The notes under the pieces were generated by a model, which saw only the letters and a list, made by a program, of their open reading frames with translations, made no database searches and had not been told where the DNA came from. From Macrostomum lignano (lineage: Eukaryota), in assembly GCA_002269645.1 (NCBI GenBank), contig NIVC01000405.1, forward strand, positions 242,956-306,955: a stretch of 64,000 bases of DNA. The letters are read 5' to 3'. The position numbers were made by a program, and so were the translations under genes. Position 1 is the first letter of the stretch. The number at the start of each line of letters is the position of its first letter. This document shows, one piece after another, positions 1-14,028 of this stretch.

Positions 1-1554
1 CCTAAACTTGATTGAGAGTAAACTTGTACAAAGTAATTAAGAAATATCTACTTGATAAGTAATTTGAGTCACAGATATCACAGACTTTTGTCGACAACAA
101 AACAGCGTTGTACCGTATATTAGAAACTGAGAAAGAAGTAATCATAATCATAATCCCTCAAGCCCGATCTAATTACTCTTGCATTCATTCGGCTCTCCCT
201 CTCCCTTATAATAAAATATCGTTCTACATCGCCTCTCTGCTCTCTCCTCAGTGGTCTGAGGTCTGAGAGAGATCCAGGCTGACTCCCTACTGGCCCTGTC
301 AGAGTCGTTTAAAGTTGAGCGCCGCTCAAAAATATCCAATCCACTCGCGGTAATCAAGGTCTGGCATCTAACTGGCACTGCGGGGAATGGGTTGGGATAG
401 CCAAGGAGACCTTTGGCTAAAATCTGGAGTGAGAAATCTTTCCAAAGTCCTCATTTTTCAATTTTTCAGTGTAGTTTGTGAGTTTGTGCTCAGAAAGACT
501 TAGGCCGAGGTTCTGCGTCATTTTTTAAAACTGAAGCCAACGTTACCTAACGTAAATAATTCGTACAAATAACGGCTTTTATTGTCGACGTCGACAGAGT
601 ATCTCGGCAATTAACGTTCGTTACGCTTTGGGGCTCTCGTGTGCATGAAAATTGGCCTGTGCATGGTTTGTTGTGCAATTCACCTCAAAACCAACCCCAA
701 AATCACAGAATGTTTAAATGCCAGCGGATAAGTTAAAATTTGAATATGACTGTAGAATTTTCAGCATTGCAACTTTTTGATATCGAGCTCACAAATGTTT
801 TTGTGGTGCTTGAAAAAACTTCCATAGAAACTATTAAGCGTAGCTCGTAATCTTCTATTACAATTTCAAATACGAGTAGGCACTTCTATCAATCCAACTG
901 GCACGATTTCAAAAAGTAAGATCCGGAGAACTTATTCAGTTTCTTTAAGAACGACACCACCTTTCAAAAATATCAGCTGTTGTAGCCAACCTTAAGCTTA
1001 TGTTGAAAACTAAGAAATTGGAAAAGAGTTTCACGTCAGATTCGGTCTCAAGTTCTCCTTGGTAGAAACACTCTTCCAGGGATGGAGGAAGGCCAGCAGT
1101 GAGGCTTGTGCGGCGATGGTTTTTTTGTCAGTCTCGCGGTCCTGATTTTTTCTCTCGAAAAGCTAAGGAATATTTTTGGCTAGCTACATGTAAAGTTTTA
1201 ACCCTCCTCCCCCGCTGTGAAGAAGCAACATCCCCTAAGGCGATGCTGGAAGAACTTTGGTGTCCAGAGCAGATCTGAGACGTTAATTAGAGCCCAGGTC
1301 GCGATGTTTTGTCTGCACGAAACTAATAATGAACGCGGAACTGTGCTCATGTTGCATTTATCCAGCTACTGAGACATTCGTACAGTTCCCTCATTATCCT
1401 CGAAGGATTAATCGGATTGCGGATGTAACTTTTATAAAATATCCTTACAGGAGCGATGGGTAAAAGGTCCCAGCAGCTTGAATCGCCTCTCCGACGGACT
1501 CTGTTTCTTAAAAGCAGCGTTAGCCAGAGCTCTTACAAGTGGGTTATTAATCTA

Positions 1555-2030
1555 AAACATCAAATCCCCCCAACATCAACCCCTCACACCAAACATAAAA
1601 TCCTCGCACCAAACATCAAATCCTACCACCACGAATCCTCCCCAAATATCAAATCCTCACTCCGAAAATCAACCCCTCACATCAAACATAAAATCCTCTC
1701 TCAACCTTAAACCTCCTACAACATCAACTCCTCCCTCGAACATCAAATACTCCCCCAAGCATCAACTCCTTACACCAAACATCAAATCCACCCTAAAACA
1801 TCAAGTTCTCTCCAAAAACATCAAATCCTCCCTCAAGCATCAACTCCTCCCTCAAACATCAACTCCTCCCTCAAACATCAACTCCTCCCTCAAACATCAA
1901 CTCCTCCCTCAAACATCAACTCCTCCCTCAAACATCAACTCCTCCCTCAAACATCAACTCCTCCCTCAAACATCAACTCCTCCCTCAAACATCAACTCCT
2001 CCCTCAAACATCAACTTCTCCCCAAGAATC
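1555..2030. repeat. 19-bp minisatellite (CCCTCAAACATCAACTCCT) with degenerate 5' flank, in the last intron of SLC1A paralog 1
   Basis: About 9 near-perfect units at ~1836-2016, with degenerate copies upstream. Confidence 0.9.
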
Positions 2031-2207
2031 AAATCCATCCCGAAAATTAAATCCCCCTCATAAGCGTTACTCTATGTATGATAAAAAGTATTTTACTCAC
2101 TTTTTCGAGAGTTTAGGAATACAATTTTCCTTTTTTCTAAAACAAAATTAAATTTCCTTTGGTTTTGTGAATTTAGTTTCATCAAAACTCGCCCAACGCA
2201 CCCCCAG

Positions 2208-2592
2208 AGACCGGATGAGGACGTCAATCAACGTTGTGGGCGACGCCTTCGGCGCTGGCATTGTGGACCATTTCTGCCGGGGCGAGCTTCAAAAGCAGGA
2301 CGCCGAAGCGGCCGCCGAGGCTCGCGAAGCGATGGAAGCTGCCGCTGTTGCCATGGAAACGGCTTCGTTTAGCGGCGGCGGAGGCGGCGGCAGCAGCGCC
2401 GGTGGCACCAGACGCCCTAGCGACTCTCGACAGCCTCGCCGACTCAGCGTGGCCGCGGCTCTGCAGATCAACGAGCAGCACCATCAGAGAGGTTTGTACC
2501 CGGCCGTAGCCATAGAAACGGCACCGGCCGCCAATTCTGGCAGGCAGCGGTCGCTAGGCAACGAGCTGCGAGTTGAGCAGCCAATGTATTGA
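2208..2592 (+). CDS. SLC1A: Terminal coding exon of an SLC1A/EAAT glutamate transporter (paralog 1; upstream exons lie left of the window)
   Basis: Acceptor cccccag at 2201-2207, then (L)[23 protein letters not shown], the TM8 signature of EAATs, in the same phase as the last exons of paralogs 2 and 3. Low-complexity Ala/Gly tail; stop at 2590-2592. Confidence 0.9.
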
Positions 2593-3821
2593 GTGTAGCG
2601 AATGAATGTATAGGGACACTAGTAACTAGAGAATGTTCATACACAGGCAGTCACTTTACGTGAATGACACTTTGGTATACATCGTCGAAAGTACATTTGG
2701 GATCTTTAATTAATATTGATATCTGATATCTGATATCTAATAGAGATATGATAAGATCTCTTAATTAGGGATTAATTAAATACCTGGATGATGATGCGTA
2801 ATTTTTTACCAAATTAATCCCGAAAGTACGAAACTATAAAAAGTGACTTCATAAATATAGGGACGTTAAAAGTGTAAAGAAAAATTTGAATTCATTTTTG
2901 CACGGACTCTTTTAGAGATCAACAAGAACAAGAAAGGTCATATTGCTAAGATTAGCTAATCGCATGAATGCAATAATAATATGAGTTGTTATCTGAGCTA
3001 AGAAATCATCCAAGTTCAAGTTTAAGGTTTCATTGGCTGCATGATATTGTCACTGTTTTATAATATCTATTGACAATTCAAATGACCATGTGTGTTTTCA
3101 TTCCAATTGAATGAATTATATATTCATCAATGAACCCTTTGTTAAAACTAATCTAGATAAGCACGGTTTTTGTTATATAGTTTTCAGCTATCACGAATTT
3201 TTGAATAACTTGTTTATTTTGATGCAGGCTAACCGTAACCAAATTATAATTCAATTAGCTGCACAAACTGGATACCGATAAACAAATTAATCTTATTAAA
3301 TTCATGGCATTATATATTACATGAATGTCCAGAACACACAGTCTTTATTTCTCTCTCCTCCTTCAGATCTTTTGTTTAGTTAATCGAGACCTTTATCCTA
3401 AAATTTAAGCACGAAAACCGATAGATGCTACTTGAAATTTATTATGATAAGTAGCCAGTTGAGACATTTTAGTAAATACCTTGACGCCCTGTGCTGATTA
3501 AGAACCGATGCAATACCGGATTATTGTTGCTAACTGCCATTCCGATATCTTTTCGCAAAATATTTGTTTAACTGCACACATTTGGAGTGACTGTCTTAGT
3601 CAGCGACACTTCATCCCATAATTGTTAATTTACTAAAATGCACCATTAATTTAGCATTAAAATTGGTTTCAGTATCGAAAAACAGTGAATTAAATACCCA
3701 TGCTAATGTTGAATAGTTACATTTACGTTAAAAAATATTGCACCAGTTGTTATTATGTGTACTTGAGGGACTAATAAGCCAACGTATATAGATGAGCTAT
3801 TATTATACAGCTCAATACCTG

Positions 3822-3960
3822 GTGTTGCAAAGTTGGATGGCTGATGTTGCAGCATTAAATGGCTGATGTTGCAGCACTGGATGGCTGCACAGCACTGGAT
3901 GGCTGATGTTGCAGAATTGGATGGCTGATGTTGCAGAGTTGGATGGCTGATGTTGCAGTG
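3822..3960. repeat. Short ~20-bp tandem repeat (GGATGGCTGATGTTGCAG...)
   Basis: About 6 copies read directly. Confidence 0.8.
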
Positions 3961-6900
3961 TTTGAACGGCTTATAACTAAGCTTAGGTTGCATGAAACCA
4001 GTAAGAAGTATAGCTAGTGCACAATTTTTTTGCAGGAATTTTAATTCCGTATCTATATCACGTATTTACTGTAGTACTTTTTTGGATTTTAAACACTTTT
4101 ATTTGCTGTTTTTTGCATGACTAACTGCATGTTCATAACTCATTCTTTTATACAATTCGTATTGTAGAATTTATATCGTAGGAAAGTATAAAAAAGCGCT
4201 TTAGCAGTGCACGAATCAGCAAATTTTTCGGTGCAATTAGGTGCACTGAAACTTTTTAATAATATTTCTGCTTTGATAAAATGATCAATTAATTATGAAT
4301 TATCTTGTTCTAAGTATGATTGGATTGCATTCTTAATTTAAAACAGACTTGACTATACAGTATTTAAAAAGTGCATAGTTTAGCTATCAGAAGTACATGT
4401 ACACAGCGTACTCTAGATCATGTTGCTCTCTTGTTGTCAAACTTTAATAATTGCTGCTAATTGGCTTTGCTCGCGCTCGCTAGCTTGCACGCCTAATAGC
4501 AACTGCTTATTTGCCACCTGCGTCCAACCCTTGTTTTCCCATTTTATCGCGAACGCAGACGCACCGCATGACGGAGGCAGAGCAGGAGTCGAGCACGAGG
4601 CGTCGCTTACCTAAGAGTTTGAAGGAGGCGATTAAGTGGCAGTGAGTTGCTATTACATGTGTATATAGACTTAGACAATAGTAAATATCAGTTGAGACCG
4701 AGCCAGTCTGAGGGAGAGAAAAGATTTTGTGTTTCTTGCAACAAACCCTATATAGCTTATGGTCCTCGTTTCACTCATTTTCATTTGAGTTTGTCCTTTT
4801 TTACAATTTTTATAATCGGCTTTGTGAATAGCATGGAACTATTCCATTCATTCCGCAGTAACAAAGACGAAACACAGGACATTAATTTTTAGCAGAACCT
4901 TTCCAGTCACAGATATCAGTTCCTAACCTATACTCTGAAGTATATGTTAGGAATATCAGTTGTAATAATCGAATATCGGAGTTTTTTTAAGAAAAAACTT
5001 CACAAAACCTTGTTGACAAAGCAAAACAATTCCAGCATAAATTTGTGTTTTTTCACTAAGATGACCTTTGAACTTTTTGTTCCTTTGTTAATCTAGCTTC
5101 TGCTATCCTTCACCAATAAATTTGCAAAAACTTTCTTTAACTTGTGAATAGCTAGGAGGTTGTGTGTAATCTATTGTTTTAATGTACAATATTGAAGGAC
5201 TGCAACAACGTTCATATAAGCACGATTGAATCATGCCTACATATAATTATGATACTTTCTTCGTGATAAAAATTCATTAGTTTCTAACGCCCGAAATTCA
5301 TCCGGACTTGTGACCTCGTTTTGTTACCTCTGTTTGCAGTTTAACCAACTTTATTGTACAAGTTTTTTTACCAGAATTATCGTCTCATATATATTGCTTG
5401 CGCAACTCGCAAGATATTTTTATATCATCTTTGTCTGAATTTTAACTGATTCGATGTTGGCAAACATTTTTTTATCGTCTTTTATTTTGTCTGCATTATG
5501 TACAAACGCACTTGTGTACCTCGTCATATTTTAATTTTTATACTATTGTGTATAAGTCCGTTTTGCTAGCACGCATCATCTGCAACCATGAGTGTAGCAA
5601 AAGAGCAAAGTGATAAACCGCGTTCTCATTTGGTAATTGAAAAATGAAATTAGCATAGAATCAATCCCAGCAGGTTTAATTCTCGGTAAAATCCGCTCCC
5701 GAGGGAAAATCCTGCTTTTGTGACACCTGTAAAAATACATTCGAACCGAGCTACAAACGATATTAAATTTACTGTCGGCAATCTAAATTTCTGAGAGTAC
5801 GTGGTGCCACTTCCCGAGTAAGTTTGTCTCAAGTGTTAACAAAACACGTGTCAAAGCTCGTAATTGCAGGTATCCCATACAGCGAAATATGTGCGTTTAC
5901 ATTATTACATCGGCTGATGAAAAAGTACATATATTTGTCGGAACGTCGGATCGCTGTACGCGGCTATGAGTACTTGAGAGATTGAATGTCCCCCTTGCAG
6001 GGTTACGTGTATTTCTGTTGCTGTATAATATTTTCATGAATTAGTTTTTGATTTTTTACTGCCTATATTTGTACTCACCTCTCTTGAGTAAGTAACACAA
6101 CAGGCTCATCAATTTTAGCTACGTAACGTGCAATGAGAAAACAGCTTGCAATATGGTGTTACAAATCTACAAATTATTGCTACTATAAATGAAACGCCCA
6201 AATGCTATGTTTCCGTTTGGTGCAGAATTTCTTTTGTTAGCTAATTTGCATGTATCTAATGTCTCTAATCACAAAACTTTAAACGCATCTTTTTAGTCGA
6301 ATCAAAAGTGAGTCAATTGTTCTCACCTTGCTATTGGAGCCGTATTCTTAAAGCCTACAAAGAGTGTGAAAGCAAAATTCAGATTATTAAATTATTTTAA
6401 ACTATACTCCCTTAATTGCTTAATACGCTCGTACTTTCAATGGTTTAAAAGCGTTATCGAAGTAGGCATACGGCTCAAAAATTTTTTTTATCAAATTTTT
6501 CTGAAGAAACTTTTGAATCAAACTGATATCAACCTGATCATTAAAACCGAATATATTAAATTGTGAAATTTAGGAAAAAAACGAAAATTTTCTCACTCTT
6601 GCACATTTAACGCATAATCTAAATCGAATACATCGAAAATCATCATCAATTTGTGTTAACCACTCTCAATATGCAGGTTCCTCATTTTTCAGTGGTCCTA
6701 ATTTGTCAAATTTTGTTGCGTTCTATTGCTGCACGGACAATTAAATTTGTTTTATTCTTTTAATTACGGCCAGTTAAACAAATGTTTTGTGCTTTTTACA
6801 TTTTATGCTTACTTGTAAGCCCCCCGTCCCGCATAATCATGTCTATTTATTATCCTAGACTACGAAAATCTAGACCCTAGCTGACTATTCTTGTAGCTTT

Positions 6901-8063
6901 TGTTCGTAAGTTTTGTTTACTATTCGATTTGTTGTGACCTGCATCTTCTAGATAGCTCGTATTTAAAAAGTATTTATCAGCTTTTAAAAGTTTTCAAGGT
7001 GAATACTTTTTAAATAATTTCTAAAATACATACTGAGTGCAGATTTTGTAATTGTTATAATCTTCACACCACATCACCGTTCACAATGTGTTTACGTAAT
7101 ATTTTAGTTCATTGGTTATTGTTTTTATACGGAGAAAATTTTCGGCAACCTCAATAGACTATTTTTTTCAAAGAAAACTTTTATGCCATTTGAAGCCCTC
7201 TCTGTGCATCATATGCTGTTATTTTTCACCTATCACTATATTTTATATTGCCCAGAAATTTTTACGAAAAAAAACTTTTTTTACTCTGTTATACCTCTGG
7301 GTTCGTCATATTATTAATAATATATATTTACAAAAATCATAAGCAAATATAAATTTGTGGTTGTCCGAAAACAGTCAGCTAATTGCAGTTATTTATTGAC
7401 TTCATTTTCTAACGTTTATACAGTAGACTACATGTGTAGTGAGACATATGAAACATCCATGAAGAAAATGAAGTTACTCGATTTTGCAAAGCAATGCCAG
7501 TTTCAATATGTACGTATGTGTTTTACGTATGTACAGCCTGTGTGTTCTAAAAGCAATGCAAGTTATATATCACACACTATGGCTCACTAAGCCCAACATT
7601 CAATTAACTATAACACTTTACCTAAATGTGCTGGTTTGGAGTTCGTTCTACGCTCTTAATGTGCTGTGGGGACAACAGTTCTAATGTGTTTTAGGGATTC
7701 TATTCGCTCGATTAATTTTAAAGTTTGAAGATGATTCGTGTCTGTTTGAACTAATGAAATCTGTCATAACGATGACGATCTGTGCTGAGGGGATCTGGCC
7801 CGACTCAAAGAGGAACGCAAGCATCTCATGGACGTCAAATCATGTGACAAAAGAGCAATCTCAGTGAGTTCGTACCATAGACTCGTACCAAAGGCAGCAG
7901 TAAGTCGCATTAAACTTAAGCAATAGGTGAGACTTTTTAAATACACAAACACACCAGTCTCAGTTCACAATACGTTTTACTTTTCGTGTATGATACTGTT
8001 TAACATTACACCAACTTGGATACTCGAGAAGAAATAAAAGCTGCCGAGCTAGAGGACCGCGCA

Positions 8064-11000
8064 ATGGTGGAACCGGATAAAAGTCCAAGCATTCAGTCGG
8101 GCGAATCGAAGCAATTGCAGAGACAGGACTTCGTCATCGATAGCGAACCTGAACGGGAAGTTGAGCAGCAGCCGGTAGAACAGCAGCAACATCGACAAAC
8201 GCCTCATCAGCAGCAACAGCAAGCAGCAGAATCTCAAGAAGCAATTGTTGTCAGCTGGTTTCGCAACACTGATAACATTTTAACCATGCTCACCGTACTA
8301 GCTGTAGTGCTTGGCTCAATGATCGGAGCACTGCTCCGTAATGCCAATCTAAGCGATCGAACCATACTGATAATTGGTTTCCCGGGCGTTCTGATGATGA
8401 ACATGTTTAAAATGATGACCATTCCGCTGGTGGTTTCGTCTCTGATTGTTGGTGAGATCGATTGAATCAAACTGATTTCATAATTTCATTTGCTCATCCT
8501 CGACCTCAATAAACATTCTTCTGTGATTTTTTCGGTGATGATTTTTAACTCAATAACCAAGAGACCGGGGCGCCCATTAACAGACAGGGGCGCCCATTAA
8601 CAGACAGGGGCGTCCATTAACAGACAGGGGCGTCCATCATGAGACAGGGGCGCCCATCATGAGACAGTGGCGCCCACAATGAGACAGGATCGCCCAACAA
8701 GAGACAGGGGCGCCAACTAAGAGACAGGGGCGCCAACTAAGAGACAGGGGCGCCCACCAAGAGACCAAATATTGTCAACCCAAAAGTTTGCGGTTCCTTC
8801 AACTAAAATTGCTGTGTACCTGCCGACTTTAGAGCCAGGCTTGACGCGTCGCACTAGAAACAATATTCCATTTCAGGATTACCAAATCTTAATGCGGGAC
8901 CATTCGGCAGAATCGGTCTGATCACGGTAGCCTATTACACAGTGACCACATTCTCTGCCACAGCTTTGGGCATCGTATTTGTCATGGTTATTCAACCCGG
9001 AAGTCCGGTAGAAAAGCTTCAGAGCAACGCTGTCACTGAGATTGGCTCCTACACTGATACTCTGCATGCAATTCTTGACCTGTTGAGGTAATCGCAATTG
9101 TCTAGCTAGCGTATGTTGCTTTATAAATCGATTCAAAATAAATTAGATTGATTAAAAGTTTAATGCATAGACTACTCAAGTAGGAGGACGGGAAATGAGT
9201 AAGGAGGACATAATAACATTACGGACATAATAGCTTTTCACTTTTTTCCATATTAAAATTGTTATTGCTTTGGATTGGAGGCAGAACAAATGTTCATCTT
9301 TTGATATGTTGTGCCTTTGTTATAGCTCTATTGATATTCATAAATGCATTTATGAATACATTTATGAATACACTTCTTGTGCCTAAAATCATTAAAATGC
9401 ATGGCAAAGTTCGACTATGGTTTTATGAATCAATTTTATCATCTTTGTTACACATAGCTATTGTTACACAGTGAGCTAACAATGACAGAATAGATTCATA
9501 AAACCAATGAGCCAAGCCGTGCCATTTAAATGGTTTTTAGGCACGGGACATATGCAATTTGTGCGTAGAATAAAAATGAACATAGAATCCTAATTTTCTG
9601 AACGAAAAGCTTTATGAATATCAATGGAGCTACCAGGTATAAGAAAGGCACAGCATATCAAAAGATGAGCATTGGGTCTACCTCCGTAGCTCTTATCTCC
9701 GTAGTGTATTTTTCGGCGAAAACCTGATTCTTTTTCAGCGAAGTTTTTTTCAGAAACGTAGTGCCCCGTCCTTCTATTTGAGTAGTACTTGGTTCATTAT
9801 TGCAGAAATTTGGTTCCGGATAATTTAGTGGAAGCCTGCTTCCGGCGGACCGCCACAGTTGTCACAACCAAGAATAAAACTGTTTTAAATTCTGACAATT
9901 CTACTGGATGGGAAATAAGTCAGACATTTAAGGTCACCACTGTTGATGGATTTAACGCTTTGGGTGAATTTTTGCATTCATTGTTTCCTTATCTTATTAT
10001 ACTAGGCTGCAATATGTTGAGTATGAATAATATTATTGCACTTTAGGCTTGGTCTCTGTGTCCATATTTATTGGAATCGTCATTGGGCGAATGGGCGACA
10101 GTGCTTTGCTGTTAGTTCGATTGTTCAACATAATCAACGATGTGGTTATGCTAATGCTGAGAGCCATTATATGGTGAGTTTATTGAGTATCAGATCTGTG
10201 CATCTTTCTGGGTTTATTTTATAGCCGATCTTATATGCTCATAACTAATAATTTAGCATGTACTCAAAATCATAAAGTGAGAAAATGCTCATAATCTTAA
10301 AATGAGGATGTGCTCATAATCATAAAATGATGATTTGCTCATAATCATGAAATGAGAATGTGCTCATAATCATGAAATGAGAATGTGCTCATAATCATGA
10401 AATGAGAATGTGCTCAATCATAAAATGATGATTTGCTCATAATAATAAAATGAGGATGTGCTCATAATCATCAAATGAGGATGTGCTCATAATTATAAAA
10501 TGAGGATGTGCTCATAATCATCAAATGAGGATGTGCTCATAATCATAAAATGAGGATGTGCTCATAATCATCAAATGAGGATGTGCTCATAATCATCAAA
10601 TGAGGATGTGCTCATAATAATAAAATGAGGATGTGCTCATAATAATAAAATGAGGATGTGCTCATAATCATCAAATGATGATGTGCTCATAATCATAAAA
10701 TGATTTTATGATTTTATCGTTATCGTAATCGTAATCGTAATCATAACATGAGGATGTGCTCATAACCCAAAGGCTATATATATCAAAGTCGCAACTCTTT
10801 TGGTCACTACACCAAAACAGGTACTCGCCAATAGGTATTTTCTTTCTACTAGCGGGTAAAATTCTCGAAGCGAAGAATCTCGAGGCTACGCTGAGGAGTT
10901 TGGGCCTGTACATGGCCACCGTGACAGCCGGTCTGGTGGTTCACGCCTGCGTCACCTTGGCACTGATTTACCTGGCATTGACCCGCAAGAATCCTGTAGT

Positions 11001-13059
11001 GTTCTTTCGCGGCGTGCTCCAAGCCTGGGTCACCGCTCTGGCCACCGCGTCTTCCTCGGCGACGCTGCCAGTCACGTTCAAGTGCTTGGAGGAGAACAAT
11101 GGCATCGACAGGACCGTCACTCGGTTTGTTCTGCCAGTCGGAGCCACGCTCAACATGGACGGCACAGCGCTGTACGAGGCTGTGGCCTGCATCTTCATTG
11201 CTCAGGTTAACGGCATCAGTCTGAGCGTTGGTCAAATAACCGTTATTGCGTGAGAGAATCAACTGCAACTAAATGCGCGAAATTTAACCTGGGTGTTGTT
11301 GTGGGAACCCCCTAGGCACAGAGCTGAATTGTACATGCCTGACGATTTAGATTACAAGGGTCAGCAAACTTTTTCAACGTAAGGGCCAGATATAAAATCT
11401 AGCGTATGACTGGAGAGAGGAGAGAGGGAAAATGAGGGGAGAAAGGAGAGAAGAAAGAGGAGAGGGGAGAGAGGAAGGGGAGAGGAGGGAAGGGATATGA
11501 GAGGAGAGAGGTGGGGAGAGGAGCGAGGTGGGGAGAGGAGAGAGGTGGGGAGAGGAGCGAGGTGGGGAGAGGAGAGAGGTGGGGAGAGGAGAGAGGTGGG
11601 GAGAGGAGAGAGGTGGGGAGAGGAGCGAGGTGGGGAGAGGAGAGAGGTGGGGAGAGGAGCGAGGTGGGGAGAGGAGCGAGGTGGGGAGAGGAGCGAGGTG
11701 GGGAGAGGAGCGAGGTGGGGAGAGGAGAGAGGTGGGGAGAGGAGAGAGGTGGGGAGAGGAGCGAGGTGGGGAGAGGAGCGAGGTGGGGAGAGGAGAGAGG
11801 TGAGATTAAAGATGAGAGATGAGAGTGTAGATGAGTGGAGAGAGGAGGAGAGGAGACCTGAGAAGAGACACAAACATTGAGCGGGTCGGATTGCTTTTGT
11901 GAAGATTCATGGACCCGAGGGCCGGATAGAGAGGCTTCGTGGGCCGCATGTGGATTTCACCGAAGGCGTTGCGCCACGGAGGTGGCTGCAGCCCTCCTAG
12001 ATAATTTTTTATACATTTTAGACTCTCAGCCACTGTTGCCTCTCGCCGTTCGCTAACTGCCACCCGATGCACTATTTAGGTTCACGGCAACCCTTGCCGC
12101 CACAGGCGCTGCTAGCATCCCCAGTGCCGGCATTGTTACCATGGTGATTGTGCTGTCGTCGGTTGGACTGCCAGTCAACGAAATCTCGCTTATATTGACA
12201 GTGGACTGGCTGCTGTAAGACCGTTAAAGCTATTATAATTTATTTAGTACATGGCAGTAATGGTTAACCATGACAATATAAAATAAGCCATACTAAAATA
12301 GTTCTATTATATCGAGATAATATTATAAACGCCTGTCAGAAACAACTATTACCTGTAAGACACCTGTTATATACCTGTTCAGGAGCTTTACACCCCTGTT
12401 AAAGCCCTTTTCGACACTTGTTGGATCCTCTTTTAGACTCCCTTTTAGATCCGTGTTAGACACCTATTTAACAACCTGAAAGAGCACCTGTTAGACACCC
12501 TGTTGGACCACCTGTTAGACCACCTGTTAGAAGCCCTGTTAGACCACCTGTTAGACCACCTGTTAGACCACCTGTTAGACCACCTGTTAGACCATCTGTT
12601 AGACCACCTGTTAGACCACCTGTTAGACCACCTGTTAGACCACCTGTTAGAAGCCCTGTTAGACCACCTGTTAGACCACCTGTTAGACCACCTGTTAGAC
12701 CACCTGTTAGACCACCTGTTAGACCACCTTTTAGACCACCTGTTAGACCACCTGTTAGACCACCTGTTAGACACCTGCATGACCACCTGTATGACCCAGC
12801 GATCACCTTCATATCCAGCGACCGTCTGCGCACATCAGTGAATGTGCTCGGTGACGCATTCGGAGCAGGCATTGTGGATCACCTGTGCAAAACCCGTGCA
12901 GCTGAACAGTCAGCGGCTGTCACTGCAGACGCTACAGACCAATTACAGACAGGTAAGAGGCAATAGTTTGTTTTTAAAACAGCGCAGATTCGATAAAGTT
13001 TCAAACACCCTTTTATTGCAGACTCTGAACTCCTCGATTTTAATGATGAAGAGGCTTAG
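8064..13059 (+). CDS. SLC1A: SLC1A/EAAT2-like excitatory amino acid transporter (paralog 2, canonical motifs)
   Basis: Exons (8016/8064)-8451, 8877-9087, 9806-9963, 10047-10173, 10821-11249, 12080-12214, 12819-12952 and probably 13022-13059. All are GT-AG and phase-compatible. Motifs: [25 protein letters not shown], [67 protein letters not shown]. The 5' end is uncertain (first in-frame ATG 8064). The alternative unspliced stop is at 12964-12966. Confidence 0.93.
8562..8765. repeat. 20-bp minisatellite (GAGACAGGGGCGCCCA...) in SLC1A paralog 2 intron 1
   Basis: About 10 copies. Confidence 0.85.
10268..10770. repeat. 25-bp minisatellite (ATGAGGATGTGCTCATAATCATAAA) in paralog 2 intron 4
   Basis: About 18 copies, ending ~50 nt before the acceptor. 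Confidence 0.92.
11412..11850. repeat. Polypurine tract with a 17-bp unit (GAGGTGGGGAGAGGAG[C/A]) in paralog 2 intron 5
   Basis: About 17 units at 11505-11800; source of the spurious RGERWGEE and SPHLAPLP ORFs. Confidence 0.92.
12484..12795. repeat. 12-bp minisatellite (TTAGACCACCTG) in paralog 2 intron 6
   Basis: About 25 copies, ending ~25 nt before the acceptor at 12818. Confidence 0.92.
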
Positions 13060-13249
13060 ACAGGATCTGCACAGACTCTCGTTCAATTTAACTTTATGTA
13101 CTGTATCAACCACTTTATCTATGATTGCTATTGAAGAAATTGAAGTTTTTTTTGTGATTGAATCTATATTGGTATCGTTAATGTTTTGTTGTGTTAAAAT
13201 CTGTAGCTGAATTTTGAAACAATGAAATAAAGTACCTCGTGATTCAGAT

Positions 13250-13725
13250 TTGTCCAGTTTGAAGAGGTCCAGTTTGTATTGGACACACACAATGAAGAGG
13301 TCCAGTTTGTATTGGACACACACAATGAAGAGGTTCAGTTTGTATTGGACACACAATGAAGAGGTCCAGTTTGTATTGGACACACAATGAAGAGGTTCAG
13401 TTTGTATTGGACACACAATGAAGAGGTCCAGATTGTATTGGACACACAATGAAGAGGTCCAGTTTGTATTGGGCACACACAATGAAGAGGTCCAGTTTGT
13501 ATTGGGCACACACAATGAAGAGGTCCAGTTTGTATTGGACACACACAATGAAGAGGTCCAGTTTGTATTGGACACACAATGAAGAGGTCCAGATTGTATT
13601 GGACACACAATGAAGAGGTCCAGTTTGTATTGGGCACACACAATGAAGAGGTCCAGTTTGTATTGGACACACAATGAAGAGGTCCAGTTTGTATTGGACA
13701 CACAATGAAGAGGTTCGGTTTGTAC
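13250..13725. repeat. 29-31-bp minisatellite (AATGAAGAGGTCCAGTTTGTATTGGACACAC) between paralogs 2 and 3
   Basis: About 16 copies, starting just after AATAAA at 13226-13231. Confidence 0.92.
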
Positions 13726-14028
13726 GAGCTATTGAGCACACGCATAGTTCATAATATATATTATACAGTGTAATATCATATTATATATTATATATATTAT
13801 CTATATGATCATTGGGCACACAGAATGAAATTGATTTTTCGGGATGGAAGAAATTGTAAATATTTTAATATTTTAAGAACTGTCTATGGTCGCACATATG
13901 GAATGGCTGGGGTAGTGGGGTGGCTCTTTAATACAAAAATAAGGCGTAATTTTTATAGTCGACGAGATGCTTGAAGTGTTCCAAAATTTTACACAACCGA
14001 ATAACAATAATTTTTTTGACCCGTCAAC

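Noticed and set aside
169-1400. Short minus-strand ORFs that might be decayed non-LTR element fragments
   Set aside because: No RT or endonuclease motif could be identified with confidence; a repeat-library search is needed.
7770-7910. Coding-like stretch DDDLC*GDLARLKEERKHLMDVKS with an in-frame TGA (possible selenocysteine or upstream SLC1A exon)
   Set aside because: No SECIS is identifiable, there is no phase-compatible splice path to 8016-8064, and no family match.
12445-13745. LDHL, GGLT, SNRW and CPIQTGPLHC repeat ORFs
   Set aside because: Translations of intronic or intergenic minisatellites.
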